A stretch of DNA of 64,000 nt, taken from contig CAWFFU010000008.1 of the NCBI GenBank assembly GCA_963815215.1, positions 64,001-128,000 of the forward strand. The letters are read 5' to 3'. Both the position numbers and the translations under genes were made by a program. Position 1 is the stretch's first letter; every line of letters begins with the position of its first letter. The DNA is from an uncultured Trueperaceae bacterium (GTDB lineage: Bacteria > Deinococcota > Deinococci > Deinococcales > Trueperaceae). Under the pieces are notes generated by a model that was not told where the DNA came from, did no database searches, and saw nothing but the letters and a program-made list of their open reading frames with translations. Positions 1 to 9,267 of this stretch are shown here, piece after piece.

Positions 1-1
1 G

Positions 2-955
2 GGCGGCGGCAGCGGCTACCTCACGCGCTCCGCCGGCCTCACCATCGACAACCTTCTCAGCGCCGATGTGGTCCTCGCCGACGGACGCCTCGTCACCGCG
101 AGCGCCGACGACCATCCCGACCTGTTCTGGGCCCTCAAGGGCGGAGGCGGCAACTTCGGCATCGTCACCAGCTTCCTGTTCCGCGCGCACCCCGTCAAGA
201 ACGTCATCGGCGGACCCACCATGTGGGCCGTGGACAAGGCGGAGGACGCGCTCCGCGGGTTCCAGGATCTCATCGAAACCGCGCCGGAGGAGCTGGGCGG
301 CTTCTTCGCTTTCACCACCGTCCCGCCCGTGCCCCCCTTCCCCGCGGAGCTCCACGGCCGCACCGTCGCCGCCGTCGTGTGGTGCTACAACGGCACCCAG
401 GAAGGCTTCGACGACCTCGTCGGACCCTTCGTGGAAGAGGTGGAGCCACTGCTGCACGGCCCCCACGAGCTCCCCTTCCCCGCCCTTCAATCCTTCTTCG
501 ACCCGCTCTACCCTGCCGGCCTGCAGTGGTACTGGCGCGCCGACTTCCTGCCGGCGCTCTCGGACGAAGCGATCGCCGAGCACGCCCGCTTAGGCGGCAC
601 CCTTCCCACCCCGCAGTCCACCATGCACCTGTACCCCTTGAACGGCGCAGCGGCACGGGTGAGCGCCGACGCAACCGCCTACCGCCACCGCGACGCGCTG
701 TGGTCGCAGGTCATCGTCGGCGTCGACCCAGACCCCGGAATGGCCGGCGCGCTGCGCGACTGGGCGGTCGGCTACTACGATGCCCTGCACCCGTACTCCA
801 CCGGCGCGGCCTACGTGAACTTCATGATGGATGAAGGCCACGACCGCATCCAGGCCAGCTACGGCGTGAACTACGAGCGCCTGACCAGGGTCAAGCGCCG
901 CTACGACCCGGACAACCTGTTCCAGGTGAACCAGAACATCCCGCCAGCCGCGTGA
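2..955 (+). CDS. FAD-binding oxidoreductase, berberine-bridge-enzyme (BBE) family; 5' end lies outside the window
   Basis: Frame open from base 2 (GGGSGYLTRSAGLTIDNLLS...). Contains DLFWALKGGGGNFGIVT and the C-terminal BBE signature YVNF...YGVNYERL..VKRRYDPDNLF. Confidence 0.9.
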   Translation, partial: GGGSGYLTRSAGLTIDNLLSADVVLADGRLVTASADDHPDLFWALKGGGGNFGIVTSFLFRAHPVKNVIGGPTMWAVDKAEDALRGFQDLIETAPEELGGFFAFTTVPPVPPFPAELHGRTVAAVVWCYNGTQEGFDDLVGPFVEEVEPLLHGPHELPFPALQSFFDPLYPAGLQWYWRADFLPALSDEAIAEHARLGGTLPTPQSTMHLYPLNGAAARVSADATAYRHRDALWSQVIVGVDPDPGMAGALRDWAVGYYDALHPYSTGAAYVNFMMDEGHDRIQASYGVNYERLTRVKRRYDPDNLFQVNQNIPPAA

Positions 956-1012
956 GTCGCGGGCACCGTAGGGCCGGCGGCAGCGACGCCCCCGCCCGTC
1001 CGGACCACGGAA

Positions 1013-1041
1013 AGGGGCCCGCCGAGCGTCGGCGGGCCCCT
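1013..1041 (-). terminator. Intrinsic-terminator-like hairpin between convergent genes
   Basis: AGGGGCCCGCCGA-GCG-TCGGCGGGCCCCT is a 13-bp perfect stem with a short U-tail on the minus strand, downstream of the sulfur operon. Confidence 0.6.
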
Positions 1042-1090
1042 CCTACGCCCGGAGGCAGGGGCGTCACGAACTACGTCAGGCGAGCTGACG

Positions 1091-1702
1091 TCAGGAGAAC
1101 TCGTGCCCGAGGTTCTGCATCACCGCGAGCGCGAAGGCCATCACCCGGCGCGTGTCCGGGTCGTTGGCGGAGCGCAGGGCTCCGAAGATGCCGCCGACCG
1201 GCGGTACCTTCACGTCGGGGTACTGCGCCTGTCCGGCCTTGAGGGCGCGGGCGGCGCGCTGCAGCGCATCCAGCACGAAGGGATCGAGGATGAGTTCGCC
1301 GAGGATACCGACCTTGCCCACCAGCCCGGCGACCATCTCGTCGGTCATGCCGGCCTGGACCAGGTTGAGCGCACCCGTGAGGCCGCGCAGCCCTTCCAGC
1401 GTGTTGGGGTCGGTGACCTGCCTGAGCGTGGCCAGCACCTCGGGGCTCTTGATCCGCTCGAGCAGCTCGAGCACGCCGGGATCCAGGATGACCTCGGCCA
1501 GGGTGGCGATCTTCGACACCAGACCCTTGAGCATGTCGTCGGTCATGCCCGACAGCATCAGGGAGAGGGGGCCGCTGAGCTCGCCGATGGGGCCGGCCTC
1601 GAACGCGTCGAGGCGCCGCTCGATCCCCTCCATCTTGCCGAGGATCAGGTCGAGCTTCTGCGACAGGTCGGCATCGGTGGGAAGGGTGCTTTCGTTCGCC
1701 AT
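1091..1702 (-). CDS. DUF1641-like helical protein
   Basis: MANESTLPTD... with RBS GAGGAGG. C-terminal PPVGGIFGALRSANDPDTRRVMAF matches the DUF1641 pattern. Repeated GMTD(D/E)M helices. Follows the SQR-like gene. Confidence 0.75.
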   Translation of the reverse strand: MANESTLPTDADLSQKLDLILGKMEGIERRLDAFEAGPIGELSGPLSLMLSGMTDDMLKGLVSKIATLAEVILDPGVLELLERIKSPEVLATLRQVTDPNTLEGLRGLTGALNLVQAGMTDEMVAGLVGKVGILGELILDPFVLDALQRAARALKAGQAQYPDVKVPPVGGIFGALRSANDPDTRRVMAFALAVMQNLGHEFS

Positions 1703-1713
1703 GGTCGCCTCCT

Positions 1714-2853
1714 CTACAGAGCGCCCTTGGCGGTGAGCCAGTAGGCGTTGTTGTAGGCGAGCTTGGCCCAGTGGATCATCTTGGTCGGGGGCTGCACCAC
1801 GGGAGGCCGGACGTAGTTGAACTCGATGAAGGTCGCGCTGTCCAGGCCCGCCTCGATGAAGCAGATGGTCTTGCCGTCGTAGCGGGCGACGGGTCCCGAG
1901 CCGTGTACGCGGGCCGCGACATTCTTGGCCAGCGTGGCGGACTGGTAGTGGGCCACCGAGCCGGCCTTCGAGACCGGCAGGCCGGTAGTGTCGCCCAGCG
2001 CCCAGATCCCCTCCTGGCCCTTGACGGCGAGGGTGTCGCGGTCGGTAGGCACCCAACCCGCCTCCGTCAGCCCGGATTCCTCCAGGAACGCGGCGCTGCG
2101 GTGCTCGGGGATGGCGATGAGGATGTCGAACGGCAGCTCGGTGCCCTCCATGCTCTGCAGCACCTTGGCCTCGGGATCGACCGACTCGGCGTTGAAGAAC
2201 GTCTCGATCTGCACGTTGCGCTTCTGAAGCTCGGGCGTCGCCCACTCGGCCAGCGAGGCGATGGAGTGGGTGCGGTTGATCGGGTAGGTGTAGGCCAGCT
2301 CGACCTTGTCGCGCCGTCCACGGCGCTCGAGCCACTGGTCGAGCATGAAGGTGACCTCCAGCGGGGCGACCGGGCACATGTGCGGGATACCGATCACCGA
2401 CACCACGATGCGGCCCTGCTCGAGCGCCTCGAGCTTGTCGTGCAGGCGTTGTGCGCCCGCCTGGTCGTAGAACCAGTCGCCGGCCTCGGCAAGGCCCGGC
2501 GTGGAGCCCGGGTCGAGCCGCGTTCCCGTGGCGATGACGAGCTGATCGAAGGGGTGACTACCGCCGCCTTCGACCATCACCTGGCGCTGCGCGGTGTCGA
2601 CCTTGGTGACGCGCTTGATCACGACATCGACGTACGGGCTGACGAGCCCGCGGACCGGCCGCCGGATGTGCTCCGGGGACTCCAGCCCGAAGGCTATGTA
2701 GAGGAAGCCGGGCTTGTAGACCTGGTCCGGTTGGTCGGTGATGAGCTCGATCTGGACTTCGCCGCTGCGGAGCTCGTCTCCGAGTTGCTCGGCGAGGTGG
2801 TTCGCCGTGATGGTGCCGCCGGGCCCCCCTCCGATGATGACGATCCGATGCAT
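1714..2853 (-). CDS. sqr: Sulfide:quinone oxidoreductase-like flavoprotein (probably type III SQR)
   Basis: N-terminal GGGPGG FAD motif, CPVAPLE cysteine, ALGD..., SKAGS and C-terminal YDGKTICFIE cysteine. Operonic with tusA and dsrE. Confidence 0.75.
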   Translation of the reverse strand: MHRIVIIGGGPGGTITANHLAEQLGDELRSGEVQIELITDQPDQVYKPGFLYIAFGLESPEHIRRPVRGLVSPYVDVVIKRVTKVDTAQRQVMVEGGGSHPFDQLVIATGTRLDPGSTPGLAEAGDWFYDQAGAQRLHDKLEALEQGRIVVSVIGIPHMCPVAPLEVTFMLDQWLERRGRRDKVELAYTYPINRTHSIASLAEWATPELQKRNVQIETFFNAESVDPEAKVLQSMEGTELPFDILIAIPEHRSAAFLEESGLTEAGWVPTDRDTLAVKGQEGIWALGDTTGLPVSKAGSVAHYQSATLAKNVAARVHGSGPVARYDGKTICFIEAGLDSATFIEFNYVRPPVVQPPTKMIHWAKLAYNNAYWLTAKGAL

Positions 2854-2866
2854 GGTTGCCTCTCGG

Positions 2867-2916
2867 GATCGTCCCGGATCGGGGCGCCGGTTGCGGCGAC
2901 CGGGTCCGGGACGATC
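2867..2916. other. Intercistronic hairpin between tusA and sqr
   Basis: GATCGTCCCGGA...TCCGGGACGATC outer 12-bp stem with an inner CGCCG/CGGCG stem. Confidence 0.6.
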
Positions 2917-2932
2917 AGGCGCTAATGCAGCG

Positions 2933-3172
2933 CTACTTGGTCTTGCGAACGACGAAGCGGTGGTACTCGCCGTGGTCTTCGTTGGACAGCAGTTCGTAGC
3001 CGATCTTCTCGACCCACTCCGGGATGTCCTTGTTGGAGCCGGGGTCGGAAGACAGCACCGCGACGGACTCGCCGACGGTGGATGCCTTGATGCCGCGGAT
3101 AAGCTCCATCAGCGGGCCGGGGCAAGCGCTTCCGCGCGCGTCGATCTCCTGCTTGACGTTGGTGTCAGCCAT
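2933..3172 (-). CDS. tusA: TusA-family sulfurtransferase
   Basis: 79 aa with the DARGSACPGPL CPxP motif and SDPGS..DIPEW. Confidence 0.88.
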   Translation of the reverse strand: MADTNVKQEIDARGSACPGPLMELIRGIKASTVGESVAVLSSDPGSNKDIPEWVEKIGYELLSNEDHGEYHRFVVRKTK

Positions 3173-3208
3173 GGTTGGATCTCCTTCCTCGTGGTCGAAC
3201 CCGTGGGC

Positions 3209-3628
3209 TCAGAAGACCAGGACCTCGGCATCGTCACACATGGAGATGAATCCGGCGACACCCTTCTCGCCGTCGACGATGTCCTCCAGGTCCTCCATCT
3301 TCATTCCGAACATGTCCTGCGTCATGCTGCAGGAGTAGACCTTGATGTCGCCGATCTCCTTGGCGGTCTTCAGGGTCTGCATCCAGGGGTTGATGCCCAT
3401 GCTCTGCATACGCTCCTGCATCATGGCTCCGAACTCCTGGTACTCGGCCGGCAACTTCTGCTGCGAGGGATCCTGCCAAGCACCCTTCTTGAACGCCATC
3501 AGGCCCCAGAAGGTCACGAACAGGGTGACCTCCTTACCCATGGCGACGGCGCCGGACACGATCGTGGACATGGCCAGAAGCTTGTCGACCGTGCCGCTCA
3601 TGACGATGATGTTGAGCTTGTCCTTCAT
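3209..3628 (-). CDS. DsrE/DsrF/DrsH-like (DsrE2) protein
   Basis: MKDKLNIIVMSGTVDK..., LFVTFWGL, VYSCSMT conserved Cys, GVAGF. RBS GGAGG/GAGG upstream. Confidence 0.85.
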   Translation of the reverse strand: MKDKLNIIVMSGTVDKLLAMSTIVSGAVAMGKEVTLFVTFWGLMAFKKGAWQDPSQQKLPAEYQEFGAMMQERMQSMGINPWMQTLKTAKEIGDIKVYSCSMTQDMFGMKMEDLEDIVDGEKGVAGFISMCDDAEVLVF

Positions 3629-3692
3629 GGTTCCTCGCCTCCACCCGCCCCCGTCGCTGTCATCGGCAGGCGGGACGTTTCCTTCGCGCCTG

Positions 3693-3721
3693 ACAATATC
3701 CCTAGGGGGTTTGTGAACCAA
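3693..3721 (-). promoter_or_regulatory. Putative promoter of the dsrE operon with a CsoR/CstR-like operator
   Basis: Minus strand TTGGTT-17 nt-TATTGT. The spacer and -10 overlap ACAAACCCCCTAGGGATATTGT, a C/G tract flanked by AT-rich inverted arms. Confidence 0.5.
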
Positions 3722-3730
3722 TGGACAAAT

Positions 3731-3750
3731 GCCCTGACGGTAGTCAGGGC
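3731..3750. promoter_or_regulatory. Perfect inverted repeat in the divergent intergenic region
   Basis: GCCCTGAC-GGTA-GTCAGGGC. Confidence 0.4.
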
Positions 3751-3786
3751 CCGTTCACCAGCTCGCCATCGCGTACACTCGACGGC

Positions 3787-4830
3787 ATGATTCCCGTGTT
3801 CGACGGCCACAACGACACGCTGTTGATGCATCTCGAGCGTCCCGACCGCGACTTCTTCGAACGGCACGACGACGGCCACATCGACGAGCCACGCGCCAGG
3901 GAGGGCGGCTTCGCAGGGGGCTTCTTCGCCATGTTCCCGCCGACCCTACCCGGCAGCGAGCCCTTCATGAACCGCCGCGAGACCGACAGCGGCGGCTTCG
4001 TCACGCCGCCTGCGCCGCCCGTGGACGAGCTCCACGCCGTGCACTCCGAGAACCGCATGCTGAGCATCCTCTACCGGCTGGCCGCGACCGGCCGGGTACG
4101 CCTGGTGACCACGGCGGACGAGCTGCAGCGCAGTATCGACGAGGGCGTGCTGGCCGCCATCGCGCACTTCGAAGGCGCCGAGGCCATCGACAGCGAGCTG
4201 GCCGCGCTCGACGTCTACTACCGCGCCGGCCTGCGCTCGTTGGGGATCGTCTGGAGCCGCGCCAACGCCTTCGGACACGGCGTGCCCTTCAGCTTCCCCA
4301 GCAGCCCCGACACGGGGCCCGGCCTCACCGCGCTGGGACGCCGGCTGGTCACGCGCTGCAACGAGCTCGGCATCATGATCGACCTGTCGCACATCACCGA
4401 GCGCGGCTTCTGGGACGTCGCCGAGCTCAGCCGGGCGCCCCTGGTGGCGACGCACTCCAACGCCCACGCCGTGTGCCCGAGTCCCCGCAACCTCACCGAC
4501 GAGCAACTCGAGGCGGTACGCGCCTCGGACGGCATGGTCGGGCTCAACTTCGCGGTCGGGTTCCTCGACCCCTCGGGCGGTCACGACACCGACACCAGCC
4601 TCGACGTGATGGTGCGGCATATCGACCATCTGGTGGACAAGCTCGGCATCACGCGTGTGGGGCTCGGCTCCGACTTCGACGGCGCCCGCATCCCCGCCGC
4701 CATCGGTGATGTGGCGGGCGTCCAACGCCTGCTCGAAGCGCTCTCGGAGCACGGCTACGACGAGGACGCCCTGCTCAAGATCGCCCACCAGAACTGGGTC
4801 CGTGTGCTACGTAGCAGCTGGAAGGCCTGA
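3787..4830 (+). CDS. Membrane dipeptidase (peptidase M19 family)
   Basis: MIPVFDGHND, HFEGAEAI, IDLSH, ATHSN, RNLTD, GLGSDFDG motifs. TACACT 7 nt before the ATG. Confidence 0.92.
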   Translation: MIPVFDGHNDTLLMHLERPDRDFFERHDDGHIDEPRAREGGFAGGFFAMFPPTLPGSEPFMNRRETDSGGFVTPPAPPVDELHAVHSENRMLSILYRLAATGRVRLVTTADELQRSIDEGVLAAIAHFEGAEAIDSELAALDVYYRAGLRSLGIVWSRANAFGHGVPFSFPSSPDTGPGLTALGRRLVTRCNELGIMIDLSHITERGFWDVAELSRAPLVATHSNAHAVCPSPRNLTDEQLEAVRASDGMVGLNFAVGFLDPSGGHDTDTSLDVMVRHIDHLVDKLGITRVGLGSDFDGARIPAAIGDVAGVQRLLEALSEHGYDEDALLKIAHQNWVRVLRSSWKA

Positions 4831-4882
4831 CGCAGCCACCGTGACAACGACGGCGTGATGCGGAAGGCATGACGGGGGCGAC

Positions 4883-5347
4883 ATGACCCTGGGAGCCGCC
4901 CGGGCGTTGGCGACGGCGCTGATGGAACGGCACGGGCTGGAGGGCTGGAGCTTCACCTTCGACCGGGCGCGCAAGCGGCTCGGTTCGTGCCGGCCTTCGT
5001 CGCGGCGCATCACCCTGTCGGCGGCCTTGACCCGCCTCAACGACGAGGCCGTGGTGCGCGACACGATCCTCCATGAGATCGCTCACGCACTGACGCCCGG
5101 CGACGGCCACGGTGCGCGCTGGCGCGCCGCCTGCCGGCGGCTCGGCGCCAGGCCCGAGCGGCTGGTGCCGGCGAGCGACGTCGTGCTGCCGGAGGCGCCC
5201 CACGCCCTGGTCTGCGATCACTGCGGCAGCCGCTACCCGCGCTTCCGCCGCTCCCGGCTGCGCTACGCCTGCGGCCGCTGCCGGGCGGAGGCCGGCATCG
5301 AGGTTCCGTTGCGCTGGGTGAGCGGCCGCAGCTCCGAACGGAGCTAG
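4883..5347 (+). CDS. SprT-like zinc metalloprotease with C-terminal zinc ribbon
   Basis: LHEIAH (HExxH), HGARW, CDHC...CGRC. Confidence 0.88.
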   Translation: MTLGAARALATALMERHGLEGWSFTFDRARKRLGSCRPSSRRITLSAALTRLNDEAVVRDTILHEIAHALTPGDGHGARWRAACRRLGARPERLVPASDVVLPEAPHALVCDHCGSRYPRFRRSRLRYACGRCRAEAGIEVPLRWVSGRSSERS

Positions 5348-7797
5348 CCGAGCTTCACGGTCGACAGCGTGGCGAGGCGCGCCGGAACCTCGTCCGCCGG
5401 CATGGGCGCGGCCAGGTAGAAGCCCTGCACGGCATCGCACCCCACCCGCTCGAGGGCCCGGAGCTGCTCCGGCGTCTCCACCCCTTCGGCGACGACGCTG
5501 GCGCCCAGGCTGCGCCCCAGCGACACCACCGCGGCCAGGATGCCCTCGTCGGCGGCCGACGCCGCCGTACCCAGCCGACGGACGAAGCTGCGGTCGAGCT
5601 TGATGGCGTCGAACGGCAGGTCCCGTAGATAGGCCAGCGAGGCATAGCCGGTACCGAAGTCGTCGAGCGTCACACGCGCGCCCAACGCACGCAACTCTTC
5701 GAGCACCTCGGCGCCGCGGCGCGCGTCGAGCATGGCGGCGGTCTCGGTGATCTCGAACTCGACGCGTTGGGGCGGCACTCCGCACGAGCGGAGCACGTCG
5801 CGGATCCCGTCCACCAGCGCGGTGGAGCGGAGCTGCACGGGCGACAGGTTGACCGCCACCCGCTCCACGTCGAGCCCCTGGTCGATCCAGCTGCGGAGCT
5901 GCCCGCAGGCCTGCCGCAACACCTGCAGACCCAACTCACGGATCATGCCGGTCTCCTCGGCCAACGGGATGAAGGCGTCCGGCAACAGCAGCCCCCGCAC
6001 CGGATGGCGCCAGCGCACCAGCGCCTCCACCCCGACCGCGCGGCCCGTGGTGAGCCCCACCATCGGCTGGTAGTAGAGCACCAGCTGGTCCGTGCCCAGC
6101 GCCGCGCGCAGCTCGCCCTCCAGCGCGAAGCGTTCGCGAGCGAGCACGTCCATCGCCGGCGTGAAGTAGGCGAAGGCGGCGCCGCCACGGGTGCGGGCGC
6201 GCGCCAGCGCCAGCGAGGCCTTCTTGAGCAGGTCGGCGGGGTGCTCGGCGTGGTCGGGGAACACGGCGATGCCCAGACGGGGACGCAGCGACGTCGCCCG
6301 CCCCGCCACTTCGACCGGCTCCTCCAGCGCGCCCAGCATGCCCGCCGCGACCTCGACCGCGTCGACCGCCTGCGACAACGGGCCGGTCACTACCGCGAAC
6401 TCATCGCGCGTCAGGCGGGCCACCGCACCCGCATCGCCCAGCGCCACGCTCACGCGCCGGGCGGCGAGGCGCAGCAGCTCGTCGCCGGCCTCGGCCCCGA
6501 GGCTGTCCTTGAGGAGCTGGTACCCCTGCAGATCGAGCACCAGCACCGCCGAGCGGCGGCCGTCGGCGCGTCGCTCGGCCAACGTGGCGACCAGCCGGTC
6601 CTCGAAGCCGACACGGTTGAGCAGGTCGGTGAGCGCGTCGTGGCTGCCGAGGTACTCGAGCTGGGCGGTCATCGCACGCCGCTCGGTGATGTCCTCGGCC
6701 ACCTTCAGGTACTGGCGCACGCGGCCGCTCTCGTCGGTGACGGCCGTGATCTGAGCCCGCTCCCAGCTGCGGCCGCCCCCCTTGGTGAGGTTCACCAGCT
6801 CACCCCGCCACACGCCGTCCCGCCGAACGGCCTCGGCGATGTCGCCGAGCCGGGGGTTGTCGGCGCCGGGCGCGGAGAGGTCCGCCACCGTGCGGCCCAC
6901 CGCCTCCTCCTTGGAGAAGCCCGTGACCTCGCTGAAGCGGCGGTTGGCGTAGCGGATGCGGCCTTCGGCATCGGTCAGCAGGACGCTGCTCGAACCCTGC
7001 TCGACCGCCTGTCGAAGCTCGCGTAGCTCGTCGACCTGGAGCTTCTCCTGCGTCACGTCCCGAACCTGGACCTTGAGGAACGTCTCGCCGCCGATATCGA
7101 GGCGCAGCAGGTGCACCTCGCAGGTGAACGGCGTTCCGTCGGGCCGCACGTGGACCCACCCGAAATGCTGCTCCTCGCCCGCCATGGCCGCGCCCATGCG
7201 GGCCTCGGCAGCGGCGCGCGACTCCTGCCCATCCGGCTGGTAGGGGGGTGACAGCTCGTGGGGTTGGCGCCCCAGGAAGCGTTCGCGCGGCAGGCCGAAC
7301 ACCGCGGCGGTACGGCTGTTGCACTCCACGAAACGGCCCTTCTGGATCAGGCCGATGGCGTCGTAGGCGTTCTCGAACAGGACCCGGAACTTCTCTTCGG
7401 CACGGAGCAGGCTGGAGAAGGCGCCACGGTCGCCGCTCACGTCGGCCACCAGCACCAGCCTCGCCGGCGCGCCGCGGTAACGCAGCGCGAACACGCTCAC
7501 CACCGCGTCGAACACGGTGCCGTCCTTACGCCGGTGGCGGAAGGTATCCGCCAGCACGTAGGGAGGCTCGCGGCCGGCGCGGGCGGTGAGCATGCGCTCG
7601 ACCTCCTCGGCCGGACGGATGTCGAGCAGGGTCAACGAGGTGAACTCGTCTTCAGGGTAGCCGTAGTGGGTCACAGCCGCCGCGTTGACGGCAAGGACCC
7701 GGAGGGTATCCGGCTCGTAGACGATCATCGGTTGTGGGTGCGAGCGGAAGAACGCGGTGGCGCCGCTGCCCTTCTCAGCTCCTGCCCAATCGACCAT
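5344..7797 (-). CDS. [14 protein letters not shown](degenerate)-EAL protein, probable c-di-GMP phosphodiesterase
   Basis: Three PAS repeats; HDALTDLLNR; GGDEF position reads TRDEF; VEALVRW, EITE, DDFGTGY, KLD and EGVE intact. Start codon is uncertain. Confidence 0.85.
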   Translation of the reverse strand: MVDWAGAEKGSGATAFFRSHPQPMIVYEPDTLRVLAVNAAAVTHYGYPEDEFTSLTLLDIRPAEEVERMLTARAGREPPYVLADTFRHRRKDGTVFDAVVSVFALRYRGAPARLVLVADVSGDRGAFSSLLRAEEKFRVLFENAYDAIGLIQKGRFVECNSRTAAVFGLPRERFLGRQPHELSPPYQPDGQESRAAAEARMGAAMAGEEQHFGWVHVRPDGTPFTCEVHLLRLDIGGETFLKVQVRDVTQEKLQVDELRELRQAVEQGSSSVLLTDAEGRIRYANRRFSEVTGFSKEEAVGRTVADLSAPGADNPRLGDIAEAVRRDGVWRGELVNLTKGGGRSWERAQITAVTDESGRVRQYLKVAEDITERRAMTAQLEYLGSHDALTDLLNRVGFEDRLVATLAERRADGRRSAVLVLDLQGYQLLKDSLGAEAGDELLRLAARRVSVALGDAGAVARLTRDEFAVVTGPLSQAVDAVEVAAGMLGALEEPVEVAGRATSLRPRLGIAVFPDHAEHPADLLKKASLALARARTRGGAAFAYFTPAMDVLARERFALEGELRAALGTDQLVLYYQPMVGLTTGRAVGVEALVRWRHPVRGLLLPDAFIPLAEETGMIRELGLQVLRQACGQLRSWIDQGLDVERVAVNLSPVQLRSTALVDGIRDVLRSCGVPPQRVEFEITETAAMLDARRGAEVLEELRALGARVTLDDFGTGYASLAYLRDLPFDAIKLDRSFVRRLGTAASAADEGILAAVVSLGRSLGASVVAEGVETPEQLRALERVGCDAVQGFYLAAPMPADEVPARLATLSTVKLG

Positions 7798-7924
7798 GCC
7801 ACGCCGCCTCGCTCGCGCCTTCGCGTCTCGACACCGCATCGGCTCCCCCGGACCACGGCGATCCTTGCGCGCAGCTTTTCCGGGCGATTCTATCCGACAG
7901 GATGGGCGCGGCCCTGGGCGGCGC

Positions 7925-9070
7925 TCACGCCCTGCGGAGCGTCTCGGGAACCCGGTAGGCGAAGACCCAGGCAGCACCCAGCCCCACGACGGCCACGGCC
8001 ACCGCCGCCAGCCCCAGGTCCAGCACTTCCGCCACCACGCCCACCAGCAGCGGGCCCCCACTCGCGCCCGCGTCCCCCACCAGGTTCCACACGCCGAGGA
8101 ACTCGCCCAGTGCCTCACGGGGTGCCAGGTCGGCGCCCAGCGTCATCATGGTGCCGGCGCTCAGCCCGTTGCCGAGCCCGAGCGCGACGGCCACCACCAG
8201 CAGTCCCACGAAGCCGTGGGTGAGCGGTACCAGCGCCAGCCCCACGGCCTGCGCCAGGAAGCTGGGCACGATGGCGAACTTCCGTCCCCAGCGGTCCATC
8301 AGCCACCCTGCCGGGTAGAACAACGACAGGTCGGCGAAGGCCGATGCGGAGAGGATGATCCCGACGGTCCCGACGTCGAGGCCGAGAACCTGGCTGGCGT
8401 ACAGCGGCAGCAACACCTTGCGCCCGGCCCGCAGCATCTGGGCCATCAACTGCGCCAGCCCAGCGGTCGACAGCACGCCGGCGAACTGCCGCACGGCGGC
8501 GAAGCCGGACGCCGCCGCCTTCCGCGGCTGTGGCGGGCTGGATGGCACGAAGCGCAACACCCCCAGCAGCGCCACCAACGCCACCGCGCCGTAGAGCACG
8601 AACGGCGCGCGCAGTCCGAACGCCGCCGCGACCAGTCCGCCGATCGCGGGACCCAGGAAGGCCCCGGCACGGCTGACCCCACCGAAGGTGGAGATCGCCC
8701 GCCCGCGCTTGCCGTTGTGGGTCGCCTCGGTGAGGAAGGCGTGGCGCGAGAGGTTGAACAGCGCCAGCCCGAAGCCCGATGTCAAGCGCAGCGCGATGAC
8801 CGGCAACACGCCGTGGCTGGGCACCAGCAGCAGCACCGACGCGCCGACCAGGGCCAACCCGCCCGCCATGACGACCTTCCCGCTGAAGCGCCTCAGGAGC
8901 GCGCCTGCGGGCACGTCGGCGATGAGCGTCCCGATGGCCTCGGCGCCCAGCACCAACCCCACCACGCTCAGCGACGCATGCAGGCTGCTGGCGAACAGCG
9001 GCAACGTCGGAACGAGCATGCCGTTGCAGAACGACAACAGCAACGCTGGGAGGTAGACGGCGGTGATCAC
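7925..9070 (-). CDS. MFS transporter
   Basis: About 12 hydrophobic segments; MFS motif A GWLMDRWGRK. Confidence 0.88.
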   Translation of the reverse strand: MITAVYLPALLLSFCNGMLVPTLPLFASSLHASLSVVGLVLGAEAIGTLIADVPAGALLRRFSGKVVMAGGLALVGASVLLLVPSHGVLPVIALRLTSGFGLALFNLSRHAFLTEATHNGKRGRAISTFGGVSRAGAFLGPAIGGLVAAAFGLRAPFVLYGAVALVALLGVLRFVPSSPPQPRKAAASGFAAVRQFAGVLSTAGLAQLMAQMLRAGRKVLLPLYASQVLGLDVGTVGIILSASAFADLSLFYPAGWLMDRWGRKFAIVPSFLAQAVGLALVPLTHGFVGLLVVAVALGLGNGLSAGTMMTLGADLAPREALGEFLGVWNLVGDAGASGGPLLVGVVAEVLDLGLAAVAVAVVGLGAAWVFAYRVPETLRRA

Positions 9071-9213
9071 GGCGATCCTGGAGCGTGGTGGCGGCCGGAC
9101 CCGCGGCGGGCCGGCGGCGCGACGCCGGAGGCGAGTCTACCTCCGGGGACCGCGTGCGACCTGGGGCGCGAGCGCTCGCACGAGGACACGCCAGGCGCCG
9201 ACGCCAAAATGAT

Positions 9214-9238
9214 GGGCGCCGCCCCGTCGGCGGCGCCC
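9214..9238 (-). terminator. Terminator-like hairpin after the small hypothetical gene
   Basis: GGGCGCCGCC-N5-GGCGGCGCCC followed by ATCATTTT on the minus strand. Confidence 0.5.
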
Positions 9239-9267
9239 AACCCCGGAGAGGAGTCCTTCAGAAGCCT

